From the NCBI GenBank assembly GCA_964016885.1, contig CAXHJY010000001.1, positions 310,001-374,000 of the forward strand: a stretch of DNA of 64,000 nt, read 5' to 3'. A program made the position numbers and the translations under genes. The DNA comes from Eledone cirrhosa (taxonomy: Eukaryota). The notes under the pieces are model-generated. The model saw only the letters and a list, made by a program, of their open reading frames with translations. It had not been told where the DNA came from and did not search any database. Positions 1 through 14,159 of the stretch are shown piece by piece; the first letter of the stretch is position 1; every line of letters begins with the position of its first letter.

Positions 1-3000
1 CTTTACTTTACTACTGAGATGTCTTTGTCAGTGCCATCCTTTACTCTACTATTGAGATGTCTTTGTCAGTGCCATCTTTACTCTATTGAGATGTCTTTGT
101 CAGTGTCATCCTTCACTTTACTACTGAGATGTCTTTGTCAGTGCCATCCTTTACTCTACTATTGAGATGTCTTTGTCAGTGCCATCCTTTACTCTATTGA
201 GATGTCTTTGTCAGTGTCATCCTTCACTTTACTACTGAGATGTCTTTGTCAGTGACATCCTTTACTCTACTATTGAGATGTCTTTGTCAGTGCCATCCTT
301 TACTCTATTGAGATGTCTTTGTCAGTGTTATCCTTTACTTTACTACTGAGATGTCTTTGTCAGTGCCATCCTTCATTCTACTATTGAGATGTCTTTGTCT
401 GTGTCATCCTTTACTCTATTGAGATGTCTTTGTCAGTGCCATCCTTTACTCTACTATTGAGATGTCTTTGTCAGTGCCATCCTTTACTCTATTGAGATGT
501 CTTTGTCAGTGTCATCCTTTACTTTACTACTGAGATGTCTTTGTCAGTGCCATCCTTTACTCTACTATTGAGATGTCTTTGTCAGTGTCATCCTTTACTC
601 TACCATTGAGATGTCTTTGTCAGTGTCATCCTTTACTCTACTATTGAGATGTCTTTGTCAGTGCCATCCTTTACTCTACTATTGAGATGTCTTTGTCAGT
701 GTCATCCTTTACTCTACTATTGAGATGTCTTTGTCAGTGACATCATTTACTCTACTATTGAGATGTCTTTGTCAGTGTCATCCTTTACTCTACTATTGAG
801 ATGTCTTTGTCAGTGTCATCCTTTACTCTATTGAGATGTCTTTGTCTGTGCCATCCTTTACTCTACTATTGAGATGTCTTTGTCAGTGTCATCCTTTACT
901 CTATTGAGATGTCTTTGTCAGTGCCATCCTTTACTCTACGATTGAGATGTCTTTGTCAGTGCCATCCGTTACTCTACTATTGAGATGTCTTTGTCAGTGT
1001 CATCCTTTACTCTATTGAGATGTCTTTGTCTGTGCCATCCTTTACTTTACTATTGAGATGTCTTTGTCAGTGTCATCCTTTACTCTACTATTGAGATGTC
1101 TTTGTCAGTGTCATCCTTTACTCTACTATTGAGATGTCTTTGTCAGTGTCATCCTTTACTTTACTATTGAGATGTCTTTGTCAGTGCCATCCTTTACTCT
1201 ACTGTTGAGATGTCTTTGTCAGTGTCATCCTTTACTCTATTGAGATGTCTTTGTCAGTACCATCCTTTACTTTACTATTGAGATGTCTTTGTCAAAGCCA
1301 TACTTTACTCTACTATTGAGATGTCTTTGTCAGTGTCATCCTTTAATTTACTATTGAGATGTCTTTGTCAGTGCCATCCTTTACTTTACTACTGAGATGT
1401 CTTTGTCAGTACCATCCTTTACTCTACTATTGGGATATCTTTGTCAGTGTCATCCTTTACTCTACTATTGAGATGTCCTTGTCAGTGCCATCCTTTACTT
1501 TACTACTGAGATGTCTTTGTCAGTGTCATCCTTTACTCTACTATTGAGATGTCTTTGTCAGTGTCATCCTTTACTCTACTATTGAGATGTCTTTGTCAGT
1601 GTCATCCTTTACTCTACTATTGAGATGTCTTTGTCAGTGCCATCCTTTACTCTACTATTGAGATATATTTGTCAGTGCCATCCTTTACTTTACTATTGAG
1701 ATGTCTTTGTCAGTGCCATCCTTTACTCTACTATTGAGATGTCTTTGTCAGTGCCATCCTTTACTCTACTATTGAGATGTCTTTGTCAGTGCCATCCTTT
1801 ACTCTATTGAGATGTCTTTGTCAGTGTCATCCTTCACTTTACTACTGAGATGTCTTTGTCAGTGCCATCCTTTACTCTACTATTGAGATGTCTTTGTCAG
1901 TGCCATCCTTTACTCTATTGAGATGTCTTTGTCAGTGTCATCCTTTACTTTACTACTGAGATGTCTTTGTCAGTGCCATCCTTCATTCTACTATTGAGAT
2001 GTCTTTGTCTGTGTCATCCTTTACTCTATTGAGATGTCTTTGTCTGTGCCATCCTTTACTCTACTATTGAGATGTCTTTGTCAGTGCCATCCTTTACTCT
2101 ACTATTGAGATGTCTTTGTCAGTGTCATCCTTTACTCTATTGAGATGTCTTTGTCAGTGCCATCCTTTACTCTACTATTGAGATGTCTTTGTTAGTGCCA
2201 TGCTTTACTTTACTATTGAGATGTCTTTGTCAGTGTCATCCTTTACTCTACTATTGAGATGTCTTTGTCAGTGCCATCCTTTACTCTACTATTGAGATGT
2301 CTTTGTCAGTGTCATCCTTTACTCTATTGAGATGTCTTTGTCAGTGCCATCCTTTACTCTACTATTGAGATGTCTTTGTCAGTGCCATCCTTTACTTTCC
2401 TATTGAGATGTCTTTGTCAGTGCCATCCTTTACTCTACTATTGAGATGTCTTTGTCAGTGTCATCCTTTACTTTACTATTGAGATGTCTTTGTCATTGCC
2501 ATCCTTTACTTTACTACTGAGATGTCTTTGTCAGTGCCATCCTTTACTCTACTATTGAGATATCTTTGTCAGTGTCATCCTTTACTCTACTAATGAGATG
2601 TCTTTGTCAGTGCCATCCTTTACTTTACTACTGAGATGTCTTTGTCAGTGTCATACTTTACTCTACTATTGAGATGTCTTTGTTAGTCTCATCCTTTACT
2701 CTACTATTGAGATGTCTTTGTCAGTTCCATCCTTTATTCTACTATTGAGATGTCTTTGTCTGTGCCATCCTTTACTCTACTATTGAGATGTCTTTGTCAG
2801 TGCCATCCTTTACTCTACTATTGAGATGTCTTTGTCAGTGCCATCCTTTACTCTACTATTGAGATGTCTTTGTCAGTGCCATCCTTTACTCTATTGAGAT
2901 GTCTTTGTCAGTGTCATCCTTCACTTTACTACTGAGATGTCTTTGTCAGTGCCATCCTTTACTCTATTATTGAGATGTCTTTGTCAGTGCCATCCTTTAC

Positions 3001-6000
3001 TCTATTGAGATGTCTTTGTCAGTGTCATCCTTTACTCTACTATTGAGATGTCTTTGTCAGTGCTATCCTTTACTCTACTATTGAGATGTCTTTGTCAGTG
3101 TCATCCTTTACTCTATTGAGATGTCTTTGTCTGTGCCATCCTTTACTTTACTATTGAGATGTCTTTGTCAGTGTCATCCTTTACTCTACTATTGAGATGT
3201 CTTTGTCAGTGTCATCCTTTACTTTACTATTGAGATGTCTTTGTCAGTGCCATCCTTTACTCTACTGTTGAGATGTCTTTGTCAGTGTCATCCTTTACTC
3301 TATTGAGATGTCTTTGTCAGTACCATCCTTTACTTTACTATTGAGATGTCTTTGTCAAAGCCATACTTTACTCTACTATTGAGATGTCTTTGTCAGTGCC
3401 ATCTTTACTCTATTGAGATGTCTTTGTCAGTGTCATCCTTCACTTTACTACTGAGATGTCTTTGTCAGTGTCATCCTTTAATTTACTATTGAGATGTCTT
3501 TGTCAGTGCCATCCTTTACTTTACTACTGAGATGTCTTTGTCAGTACCATCCTTTACTCTACTATTGGGATATCTTTGTCAGTGTCATCCTTTACTCTAC
3601 TATTGAGATGTCTTTGTCAGTGCCATCCTTTACTCTATTGAGATGTCTTTGTCAGTGTTATCCTTTACTTTACTACTGAGATGTCTTTGTCAGTGCCATC
3701 CTTCATTCTACTATTGAGATGTCTTTGTCTGTGTCATCCTTTACTCTATTGAGATGTCTTTGTCAGTGCCATCCTTTACTCTACTATTGAGATGTCTTTG
3801 TCAGTGCCATCCTTTACTCTATTGAGATGTCTTTGTCAGTGTCATCCTTTACTTTACTACTGAGATGTCTTTGTCAGTGCCATCCTTTACTCTACTATTG
3901 AGATGTCTTTGTCAGTGTCATCCTTTACTCTACCATTGAGATGTCTTTGTCAGTGTCATCCTTTACTCTACTATTGAGATGTCTTTGTCAGTGCCATCCT
4001 TTACTCTACTATTGAGATGTCTTTGTCAGTGTCATCCTTTACTCTACTATTGAGATGTCTTTGTCAGTGACATCATTTACTCTACTATTGAGATGTCTTT
4101 GTCAGTGTCATCCTTTACTCTACTATTGAGATGTCTTTGTCAGTGTCATCCTTTACTCTATTGAGATGTCTTTGTCTGTGCCATCCTTTACTCTACTATT
4201 GAGATGTCTTTGTCAGTGTCATCCTTTACTCTATTGAGATGTCTTTGTCAGTGCCATCCTTTACTCTACGATTGAGATGTCTTTGTCAGTGCCATCCGTT
4301 ACTCTACTATTGAGATGTCTTTGTCAGTGTCATCCTTTACTTTACTATTGAGATGTCTTTGTCAGTGCCATCCTTTACTCTATTGAGATGTCTTTGTCAG
4401 TGTCATCCTTTACTCTACTATTGAGATGTCTTTGTCAGTGCTATCCTTTACTCTACTATTGAGATGTCTTTGTCAGTGTCATCCTTTACTCTATTGAGAT
4501 GTCTTTGTCTGTGCCATCCTTTACTTTACTATTGAGATGTCTTTGTCAGTGTCATCCTTTACTCTACTATTGAGATGTCTTTGTCAGTGTCATCCTTTAC
4601 TCTACTATTGAGATGTCTTTGTCAGTGTCATCCTTTACTTTACTATTGAGATGTCTTTGTCAGTGCCATCCTTTACTCTACTGTTGAGATGTCTTTGTCA
4701 GTGTCATCCTTTACTCTATTGAGATGTCTTTGTCAGTACCATCCTTTACTTTACTATTGAGATGTCTTTGTCAAAGCCATACTTTACTCTACTATTGAGA
4801 TGTCTTTGTCAGTGTCATCCTTTAATTTACTATTGAGATGTCTTTGTCAGTGCCATCCTTTACTTTACTACTGAGATGTCTTTGTCAGTACCATCCTTTA
4901 CTCTACTATTGGGATATCTTTGTCAGTGTCATCCTTTACTCTACTATTGAGATGTCCTTGTCAGTGCCATCCTTTACTTTACTACTGAGATGTCTTTGTC
5001 AGTGTCATCCTTTACTCTACTATTGAGATGTCTTTGTCAGTGTCATCCTTTACTCTACTATTGAGATGTCTTTGTCAGTGTCATCCTTTACTCTACTATT
5101 GAGATGTCTTTGTCAGTGCCATCCTTTACTCTACTATTGAGATATATTTGTCAGTGCCATCCTTTACTTTACTATTGAGATGTCTTTGTCAGTGCCATCC
5201 TTTACTCTACTATTGAGATGTCTTTGTCAGTGCCATCCTTTACTCTACTATTGAGATGTCTTTGTCAGTGCCATCCTTTACTCTACTATTGAGATCTCTT
5301 TGTCAGTGCCATCCTTTACTCTATTGAGATGTCTTTGTCAGTGTCATCCTTCACTTTACTACTGAGATGTCTTTGTCAGTGCCATCCTTTACTCTACTAT
5401 TGAGATGTCTTTGTCAGTGCCATCCTTTACTCTATTGAGATGTCTTTGTCAGTGTCATCCTTTACTTTACTACTGAGATGTCTTTGTCAGTGCCATCCTT
5501 CATTCTACTATTGAGATGTCTTTGTCTGTGTCATCCTTTACTCTATTGAGATGTCTTTGTCTGTGCCATCCTTTACTCTACTATTGAGATGTCTTTGTCA
5601 GTGCCATCCTTTACTCTACTATTGAGATGTCTTTGTCAGTGTCATCCTTTACTCTATTGAGATGTCTTTGTCAGTGCCATCCTTTACTCTACTATTGAGA
5701 TGTCTTTGTTAGTGCCATGCTTTACTTTACTATTGAGATGTCTTTGTCAGTGTCATCCTTTACTCTACTATTGAGATGTCTTTGTCAGTGCCATCCTTTA
5801 CTCTACTATTGAGATGTCTTTGTCAGTGTCATCCTTTACTCTATTGAGATGTCTTTGTCAGTGCCATCCTTTACTCTACTATTGAGATGTCTTTGTCAGT
5901 GCCATCCTTTACTTTCCTATTGAGATGTCTTTGTCAGTGCCATCCTTTACTCTACTATTGAGATGTCTTTGTCAGTGTCATCCTTTACTTTACTATTGAG

Positions 6001-9000
6001 ATGTCTTTGTCATTGCCATCCTTTACTTTACTACTGAGATGTCTTTGTCAGTGCCATCCTTTACTCTACTATTGAGATATCTTTGTCAGTGTCATCCTTT
6101 ACTCTACTAATGAGATGTCTTTGTCAGTGCCATCCTTTACTTTACTACTGAGATTTCTTTGTCAGTGTCATACTTTACTCTACTATTGAGATGTCTTTGT
6201 TAGTCTCATCCTTTACTCTACTATTGAGATGTCTTTGTCAGTTCCATCCTTTACTCTACTATTGAGATGTCTTTGTCTGTGCCATCCTTTACTCTACTAT
6301 TGAGATGTCTTTGTCAGTGCCATCCTTTACTCTACTATTGAGATGTCTTTGTCAGTGCCATCCTTTACTCTACTATTGAGATGTCTTTGTCAGTGCCATC
6401 CTTTACTCTATTGAGATGTCTTTGTCAGTGTCATCCTTCACTTTACTACTGAGATGTCTTTGTCAGTGCCATCCTTTACTCTATTATTGAGATGTCTTTG
6501 TCAGTGCCATCCTTTACTCTATTGAGATGTCTTTGTCAGTGTCATCCTTTACTCTACTATTGAGATGTCTTTGTCAGTGCTATCCTTTACTCTACTATTG
6601 AGATGTCTTTGTCAGTGTCATCCTTTACTCTATTGAGATGTCTTTGTCTGTGCCATCCTTTACTTTACTATTGAGATGTCTTTGTCAGTGTCATCCTTTA
6701 CTCTACTATTGAGATGTCTTTGTCAGTGTCATCCTTTACTCTACTATTGAGATGTCTTTGTCAGTGTCATCCTTTACTTTACTATTGAGATGTCTTTGTC
6801 AGTGCCATCCTTTACTCTACTGTTGAGATGTCTTTGTCAGTGTCATCCTTTACTCTATTGAGATGTCTTTGTCAGTACCATCCTTTACTTTACTATTGAG
6901 ATGTCTTTGTCAAAGCCATACTTTACTCTACTATTGAGATGTCTTTGTCAGTGTCATCCTTTAATTTACTATTGAGATGTCTTTGTCAGTGCCATCCTTT
7001 ACTTTACTACTGAGATGTCTTTGTCAGTACCATCCTTTACTCTACTATTGGGATATCTTTGTCAGTGTCATCCTTTACTCTACTATTGAGATGTCTTTGT
7101 CAGTGCCATCCTTTTCTTTACTACTGAGATGTCTTTGTCAGTGTCATCCTTTACTCTACTATTGAGATGTCTTTGTCAGTGTCATCCTTTACTCTACTAT
7201 TGAGATGTCTTTGTCAGTGTCATCCTTTACTCTACTATTGAGATGTCTTTGTCAGTGCCATCCTTTACTCTACTATTGAAATATATTTGTCAGTGCCATC
7301 CTTTACTTTACTATTGAGATGTCTTTGTCAGTGCCATCCTTTACTCTACTATTGAGATATCTTTGTCAGTGCCATCCTTTACTCTACTATTGAGATGTCT
7401 TTGTCAGTGCCATCCTTTACTCTACTATTGAGATGTCTTTGTCAGTGCCATCCTTTACTCTATTGAGATGTCTTTGTCAGTGTCATCCTTCACTTTACTA
7501 CTGAGATGTCTTTGTCAGTGCCATCCTTTACTCTACTATTGAGATGTCTTTGTCAGTGCCATCCTTTACTCTACTATTGAGATGTCTTTGTCAGTGCCAT
7601 CCTTTACTCTACTATTGAGATGTCTTTGTCAGTGCCATACTTTACTCTACTATTGAGATGTCTTTGTCAGTGTCATCCTTTACTTTACTACTGAATATGT
7701 CTTTGTCAGTGCCATCCTTTACTCTACTATTGAGATGTCTTTGTCAGTGCCATCCTTTACTCTACTATTGAGATATATTTGTCAGTGCCATCCTTTACTC
7801 TACTATTGAGATATATTTGTCAGTGCCATCCTTTACTTTACTATTGAGATGTCTTTGTCAGTGTCATCCTTTACTCTACTATTGAGATGTCTTTGTCAGT
7901 GTCATCCTTTACTCTATTGAGATGTCTTTGTCTGTGCCATCCTTTACTCTACTATTGAGATGTCTTTGTCAGTGCCATCCTTTACTCTATTGAGATGTCT
8001 TTGTCAGTGCCATCCTTTACTCTACTATTGAGATGTCTTTGTTAGTGCCATGCTTTACTTTACTATTGAGATGTCTTTGTCAGTGTCATCCTTTACTCTA
8101 CTATTGAGATGTCTTTGTCAGTGCCATCCTTTACTCTACTATTGAGATGTCTTTGTCAGTGTCATCCTTTACTCTATTGAGATGTCTTTGTCAGTGCCAT
8201 CCTTTACTCTACTATTGAGATGTCTTTGTCAGTGCCATCCTTTACTTTCCTATTGAGATGTCTTTGTCAGTGCCATCCTTTACTCTACTATTGAGATGTC
8301 TTTGTCAGTGTCATCCTTTACTTTACTATTGAGATGTCTTTGTCATTGCCATCCTTTACTTTACTACTGAGATGTCTTTGTCAGTGCCATCCTTTACTCT
8401 ACTATTGAGATATCTTTGTCAGTGTCATCCTTTACTCTACTAATGAGATGTCTTTGTCAGTGTCATCCTTCACTTTACTACTGAGATGTCTTTGTCAGTG
8501 CCATCCTTTACTCTATTATTGAGATGTCTTTGTCAGTGTCATCCTTTACTCTATTGAGATGTCTTTGTCAGTGCCATCCTTTACTCTACTATTGAGATGT
8601 CTTTGTCAGTGCCATCCTTTACTCTATTGAGATGTCTTTGTCAGTGTCATCCTTTACATTACTACTGAGATGTCTTTGTCAGTGCCATCCTTTACTCTAC
8701 TATTGAGATGTCTTTGTCAGTGTCATCCTTTACTCTACCATTGAGATGTCTTTGTCAGTGTCATCCTTTACTCTACTATTGAGATGTCTTTGTCAGTGCC
8801 ATCCTTTACTCTACTATTGAGATGTCTTTGTCAGTGTCATCCTTTACTCTACTATTGAGATGTCTTTGTCAGTGTCATCATTTACTCTACTATTGAGATG
8901 TCTTTGTCAGTGTCATCCTTTACTCTACTATTGAGATGTCTTTGTCAGTGCCATCCTTTACTCTACTATTGAGATGTCTTTGTCAGTGCCATCCTTTACT

Positions 9001-12000
9001 CTACTATTGAGATGTCTTTGTCAGTGTCATCCTTTACTCTACCATTGAGATGTCTTTGTCAGTGTCATCCTTTACTCTACTATAGAGATGTCTTTGTCAG
9101 TGCCATCCTTTACTCTACTATTGAGATGTCTTTGTCAGTGCCATCCTTTACTCTACTATTGAGATGTCTTTGTCAGTGTCATCCTTTACTCTATTGAGAT
9201 GTCTTTGTCTGTGCCATCCTTTACTCTACTATTGAGATGTCTTTGTCAGTGTCATCCTTTACTCTATTGAGATGTCTTTGTCAGTGTCATCCTTTACTCT
9301 ACTATTGAGATATCTTTGTCAGTGTCATCCTTTACTTTACTATTGAGATGTCTTTGTCAGTGCCATCCTTTACTCTACTGTTGTGATGTCTTTGTCAGCG
9401 TCATCCTTTACTCTATTGAGATGTGTTTGTCAGTACCATCCTTTACTTTACTCTACTATTGAGATGTCTTTGTCAAAGCCTTCCTTTACTTTACTACTGA
9501 GATGTCTTTGTCAGTACCATCCTTTACTCTACTATTGGGATATCTTTGTCAGTGTCATCCTTTACTCTACTATTGAGATGTCTTTGTCAGTGCCATCCTT
9601 TACTTTACTACTGAGATGTCTTTGTCAGTGTCATCCTTTACTCTACTATTGAGATGTCTTTGTCAGTGTCATCCTTTACTCTACTATTGAGATGTCTTTG
9701 TCAGTGTCATCCTTTACTCTACTATTGAGATGTCTTTGTCAGTGCCATCCTTTACTCTACTATTGAGATGTATTTGTCAGTGCCATCCTTTTCTTTACTA
9801 TTGAGATGTCTTTGTCAGTGCCATCCTTTACTCTACTATTGAGATGTCTTTGTCAGTGCCATCCTTTACTCTACTATTGAGATGTCTTTGTCAGTGCCAT
9901 CCTTTACTCTACTATTGAGATGTCTTTGTCAGTGCCATCCTTTACTCTATTGAGATGTCTTTGTCAGTGTCATCCTTCACTTTACTACTGAGATGTCTTT
10001 GTCAGTGCCATCCTTTACTCTACTATTGAGATGTCTTTGTCAGTGCCATCCTTTACTCTATTGAGATGTCTTTGTCAGTGTCATCCTTCACTTTACTACT
10101 GAGATGTCTTTGTCAGTGCCATCCTTTACTCTACTATTGAGATGTCTTTGTCAGTGCCATCCTTTACTCTATTGAGATGTCTTTGTCAGTGTCATCCTTT
10201 ACTTTACTACTGAGATGTCTTTGTCAGTGCCATCCTTCACTCTACTATTGAGATGTCTTTGTCTGTGTCATCCTTTACTCTATTGAGATGTCTTTGTCAG
10301 TGCCATCCTTTACTCTACTATTGAGATGTCTTTGTCAGTGTCATCCTTTACACTACCATTGAGATGTCTTTGTCAGTGTCATCCTTTACTCTACTATTGA
10401 GATGTCTTTGTCAGTGCCATCCTTTACTCTACTATTGAGATGTCTTTGTCAGTGTCATCCTTTACTCTACTATTGAGATGTCTTTGTCAGTGACATCATT
10501 TACTCTACTATTGAGATGTCTTTGTCAGTGTCATCCTTTACTCTACTATTGAGATATCTTTGTCAGTGTCATCCTTTACTTTACTATTGAGATGTCTTTG
10601 TCAGTGCCATCCTTTACTCTACTGTTGTGATGTCTTTGTCAGCGTCATCCTTTACTCTATTGAGATGTCTTTGTCAGTACCATCCTTTACTTTACTCTAC
10701 TATTGAGATGTCTTTGTCAAAGCCTTCCTTTACTTTACTACTGAGATGTCTTTGTCAGTACCATCCTTTACTCTACTATTGGGATATCTTTGTCAGTGTC
10801 ATCCTTTACTCTACTATTGAGATGTCTTTGTCAGTGCCATCCTTTACTTTACTACTGAGATGTCTTTGTCAGTGTCATCCTTTACTCTACTATTGAGATG
10901 TCTTTGTCAGTGTCATCCTTTACTCTACTATTGAGATGTCTTTGTCAGTGTCATCCTTTACTCTACTATTGAGATGTCTTTGTCAGTGCCATCCTTTACT
11001 CTACTATTGAGATGTATTTGTCAGTGCCATCCTTTACTTTACTATTGAGATGTCTTTGTCAGTGCCATCCTTTACTCTACTATTGAGATGTCTTTGTCAG
11101 TGCCATCCTTTACTCTACTATTGAGATGTCTTTGTCAGTGCCATCCTTTACTCTATTGAGATGTCTTTGTCAGTGTCATCCTTCACTTTACTACTGAGAT
11201 GTCTTTGTCAGTGCCATCCTTTACTCTACTATTGAGATGTCTTTGTCAGTGCCATCCTTTACTCTATTGAGATGTCTTTGTCAGTGTCATCCTTTACTTT
11301 ACTACTGAGATGTCTTTGTCAGTGCCATCCTTTACTCTACTATTGAGATGTCTTTGTCAGTGTCATCCTTTACTCTACCATTGAGATGTCTTTGTCAGTG
11401 TCATCCTTTACTCTACTATTGAGATGTCTTTGTCAGTGCCATCCTTTACTCTACTATTGAGATGTCTTTGTCAGTGTCATCCTTTACTCTACTATTGAGA
11501 TGTCTTTGTCAGTGACATCATTTACTCTACTATTGAGATGTCTTTGTCAGTGTCATCCTTTACTCTACTATTGAGATGTCTTTGTCAGTGTCATCCTTTA
11601 CTCTATTGAGATGTCTTTGTCAGTGCCATCCTTTACTCTACGATTGAGATGTCTTTGTCAGTGCCATCCGTTACTCTACTATTGAGATGTCTTTGTCAGT
11701 GTCATCCTTTACTTTACTATTGAGATGTCTTTGTCAGTGCCATCCTTTACTCTATTGAGATGTCTTTGTCAGTGTCATCCTTTACTCTACTATTGAGATG
11801 TCTTTGTCAGTGCTATCCTTTACTCTACTATTGAGATGTCTTTGTCAGTGTCATCCTTTACTCTACTATTGAGATGTCTTTGTCAGTGCCATCCTTTACT
11901 CTACTGTTGAGATGTCTTTGTCAGTGTCATCCTTTACTTTACTATTGAGATGTCTTTGTCAGTGCCATCCTTTACTCTACTGTTGAGATGTCTTTGTCAG

Positions 12001-13839
12001 TGTCATCCTTTACTCTATTGAGATGTCTTTGTCAGTACCATCCTTTACTTTACTATTGAGATGTCTTTGTCAAAGCCATACTTTACTCTACTATTGAGAT
12101 GTCTTTGTCAGTGTCATCCTTTAATTTACTATTGAGATATCTTTGTCAGTGCCATCCTTTACTCTACTATTGAGATGTCTTTGTCAGTGCCATCCTTTAC
12201 TCTACTATTGAGATGTCTTTGTCAGTGCCATCCTTTACTTTACTACTGAGATGTCTTTGTTAGTACCATCCTTTACTCTACTATTGGGATATCTTTGTCA
12301 GTGTCATCCTTTACTCTACTATTGAGATGTCTTTGTCAGTGCCATCCATTACTTTACTACTGAGATGTCTTTGTCAGTGTCATCCTTTACTCTACTATTG
12401 AGATGTCTTTGTCAGTGTCATCCTTTACTCTACTATTGAGATGTCTTTGTCAGTGCCATCCTTTACTCTACTATTGAGATATATTTGTCAGTGCCATCCT
12501 TTACTTTACTATTGAGATGTCTTTGTCAGTGCCATCCTTTACTCTACTATTGAGATGTCTTTGTCAGTGCCATCCTTTACTCTACTATTGAGATGTCTTT
12601 GTCAGTGCCATCCTTTACTCTACTATTGAGATGTCTTTGTCAGTGCCATCCTTTACTCTATTGAGATGTCTTTGTCAGTGTCATCCTTCACTTTACTACT
12701 GAGATGTCTTTGTCAGTGCCATCCTTTACTCTACTATTGAGATGTCTTTGTCAGTGCCATCCTTTACTCTATTGAGATGTCTTTGTCAGTGTCATCCTTT
12801 ACTTTACTACTGAATATGTCTTTGTCAGTGCCTTCCTTTACTCTACTATTGAGATGTCTTTGTCAGTGCCATCCTTTACTCTACTATTGAGATGTCTTTG
12901 TCAGTGTCATCCTTTACTCTACTATTGAGATGTCTTTGTCAGTGTCATCCTTTACTCTACTATTGAGATGTCTTTGTCAGTGCCATCCTTTACTCTCCTA
13001 TTGAGATGTCTTTGTCAGTGTCATCCTTTACTCTACCATTGAGATGTCTTTGTCAGTGTCATCCTTTACTCTACTATTGAGATGTCTTTGTCAGTGCCAT
13101 CCTTTACTCTACTATTGAGATGTCTTTGTCAGTGTCATCCTTTACTCTATTGAGATGTCTTTGTCAGTGTCATCCTTTACTTTACTATTGAGATGTCTTT
13201 GTCATGCCATCCTTTACTCTATTGAGATGTCTTTGTCAGTGTCATCCTTTACTCTACTATTGAGATGTCTTCGTCAGTGCTATCCTTTACTCTACTATTG
13301 AGATGTCTTTGTCAGTGTCATCCTTTACTCTACTGTTGAGATGTCTTTGTTAGTGTCATCCTTTACTCTATTGAGATGTCTTTGTCAGTACCATCCTTTA
13401 CTTTACTATTGAGATGTCTTTGTCAGAGCCATACTTTACTCTACTATTGAGATGTCTTTGTCAGTGTCATCCTTTACTTTACTATTGAGATGTCTTTGTC
13501 AGTGCCATCCTTTACTTTACTACTGAGATGTCTTTGTCAGTGTCATCCTTTACTCTACTATTGAGATGTCTTTGTCAGTGTCATCCTTTACTCTACTATT
13601 GAGATGTCTTTGTCAGTGCCATCTTTTACTCTACTATTGAGATGTCTTTGTCAGTGTCATCCTTTACTCTACTATTGAGATGTCTTTGTCAGTGTCATCC
13701 TTTACTCTACTATTGAGATGTCTTTGTCAGTGCCATTCTTTACTCCAGTATTGAGATGTCTTTGTCAGTGCCATCCTTTACTCTACTATTGAGATGTCTT
13801 TGTCAGTGCCATCCTTTACTCTACTATTGAGATGTCTTT
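1..13839. repeat. Satellite array, 38-bp monomer GAGATGTCTTTGTCAGTG(C/T)CATCCTTTACTCTACTATT with a common 35-bp variant; roughly 370 copies, truncated by the window start
   Basis: Tandem repetition is directly visible. The last monomer ends at ...GATGTCTTT (13839), where unique sequence begins. Copy number is estimated from length. Confidence 0.99.
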
Positions 13840-14043
13840 ACATGTTTGTCGTTACAAATTTTTGTATGATTCTTCTGTGTGTCTAATCCAGTCTACATCT
13901 TCAATGTACCTCTTCTCATCACTCCAAATCTTTCTCCAAAAGTTTTCAATTTCTTCCATGGAAGGGGATGGGGGTCTCTCTTTAATAATTATTTCCTCCT
14001 TCCCTATTTCTTTATAGAATGACTTAGCATTGGATGTGAACAA
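13840..14043 (-). mobile_element. Degenerate fragment of a Dong/R4-clade non-LTR retrotransposon ORF (region just N-terminal of the RT domain)
   Basis: Minus-strand translation LFTSNAKSFYKEIGKEEIIIKERPPSPSMEEIENFWRKIWSDEKRYIEDVDWIRHTEESYKNL*RQTCKDIS matches the recalled R4/Dong pattern FY..(x)..P...E.E.FW..IW......WI. It has an internal stop. Family call is from recall, not a search. Confidence 0.8.
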
Positions 14044-14159
14044 TAAATACTTTCATAATCTCTTAGATTTGATAATATGTGAGATAATTATGCGACATAA
14101 AGCATTTATCATGAAAATATAATAGTATATATAGAGTAATGTGAATGCTAAAGGGTTAA
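14044..14159. mobile_element. Possible terminus of a non-autonomous TTAA-type (piggyBac-like) DNA element
   Basis: AT-rich segment ending in GAATGCTAAAGGG-TTAA. A similar GGG-TTAA end occurs at 17474-17480. The partner terminus is not seen. Confidence 0.35.

Noticed and set aside
1359-10896. Short MSLSVPSFTLLL... ORFs
   Set aside because: They arise where a point variant removes a TGA within the satellite; useful only as higher-order repeat landmarks.
1-13839. CRISPR array (repeat length 35-38 bp)
   Set aside because: Monomers abut with no unique spacers, there are no cas genes, and the context is eukaryotic.
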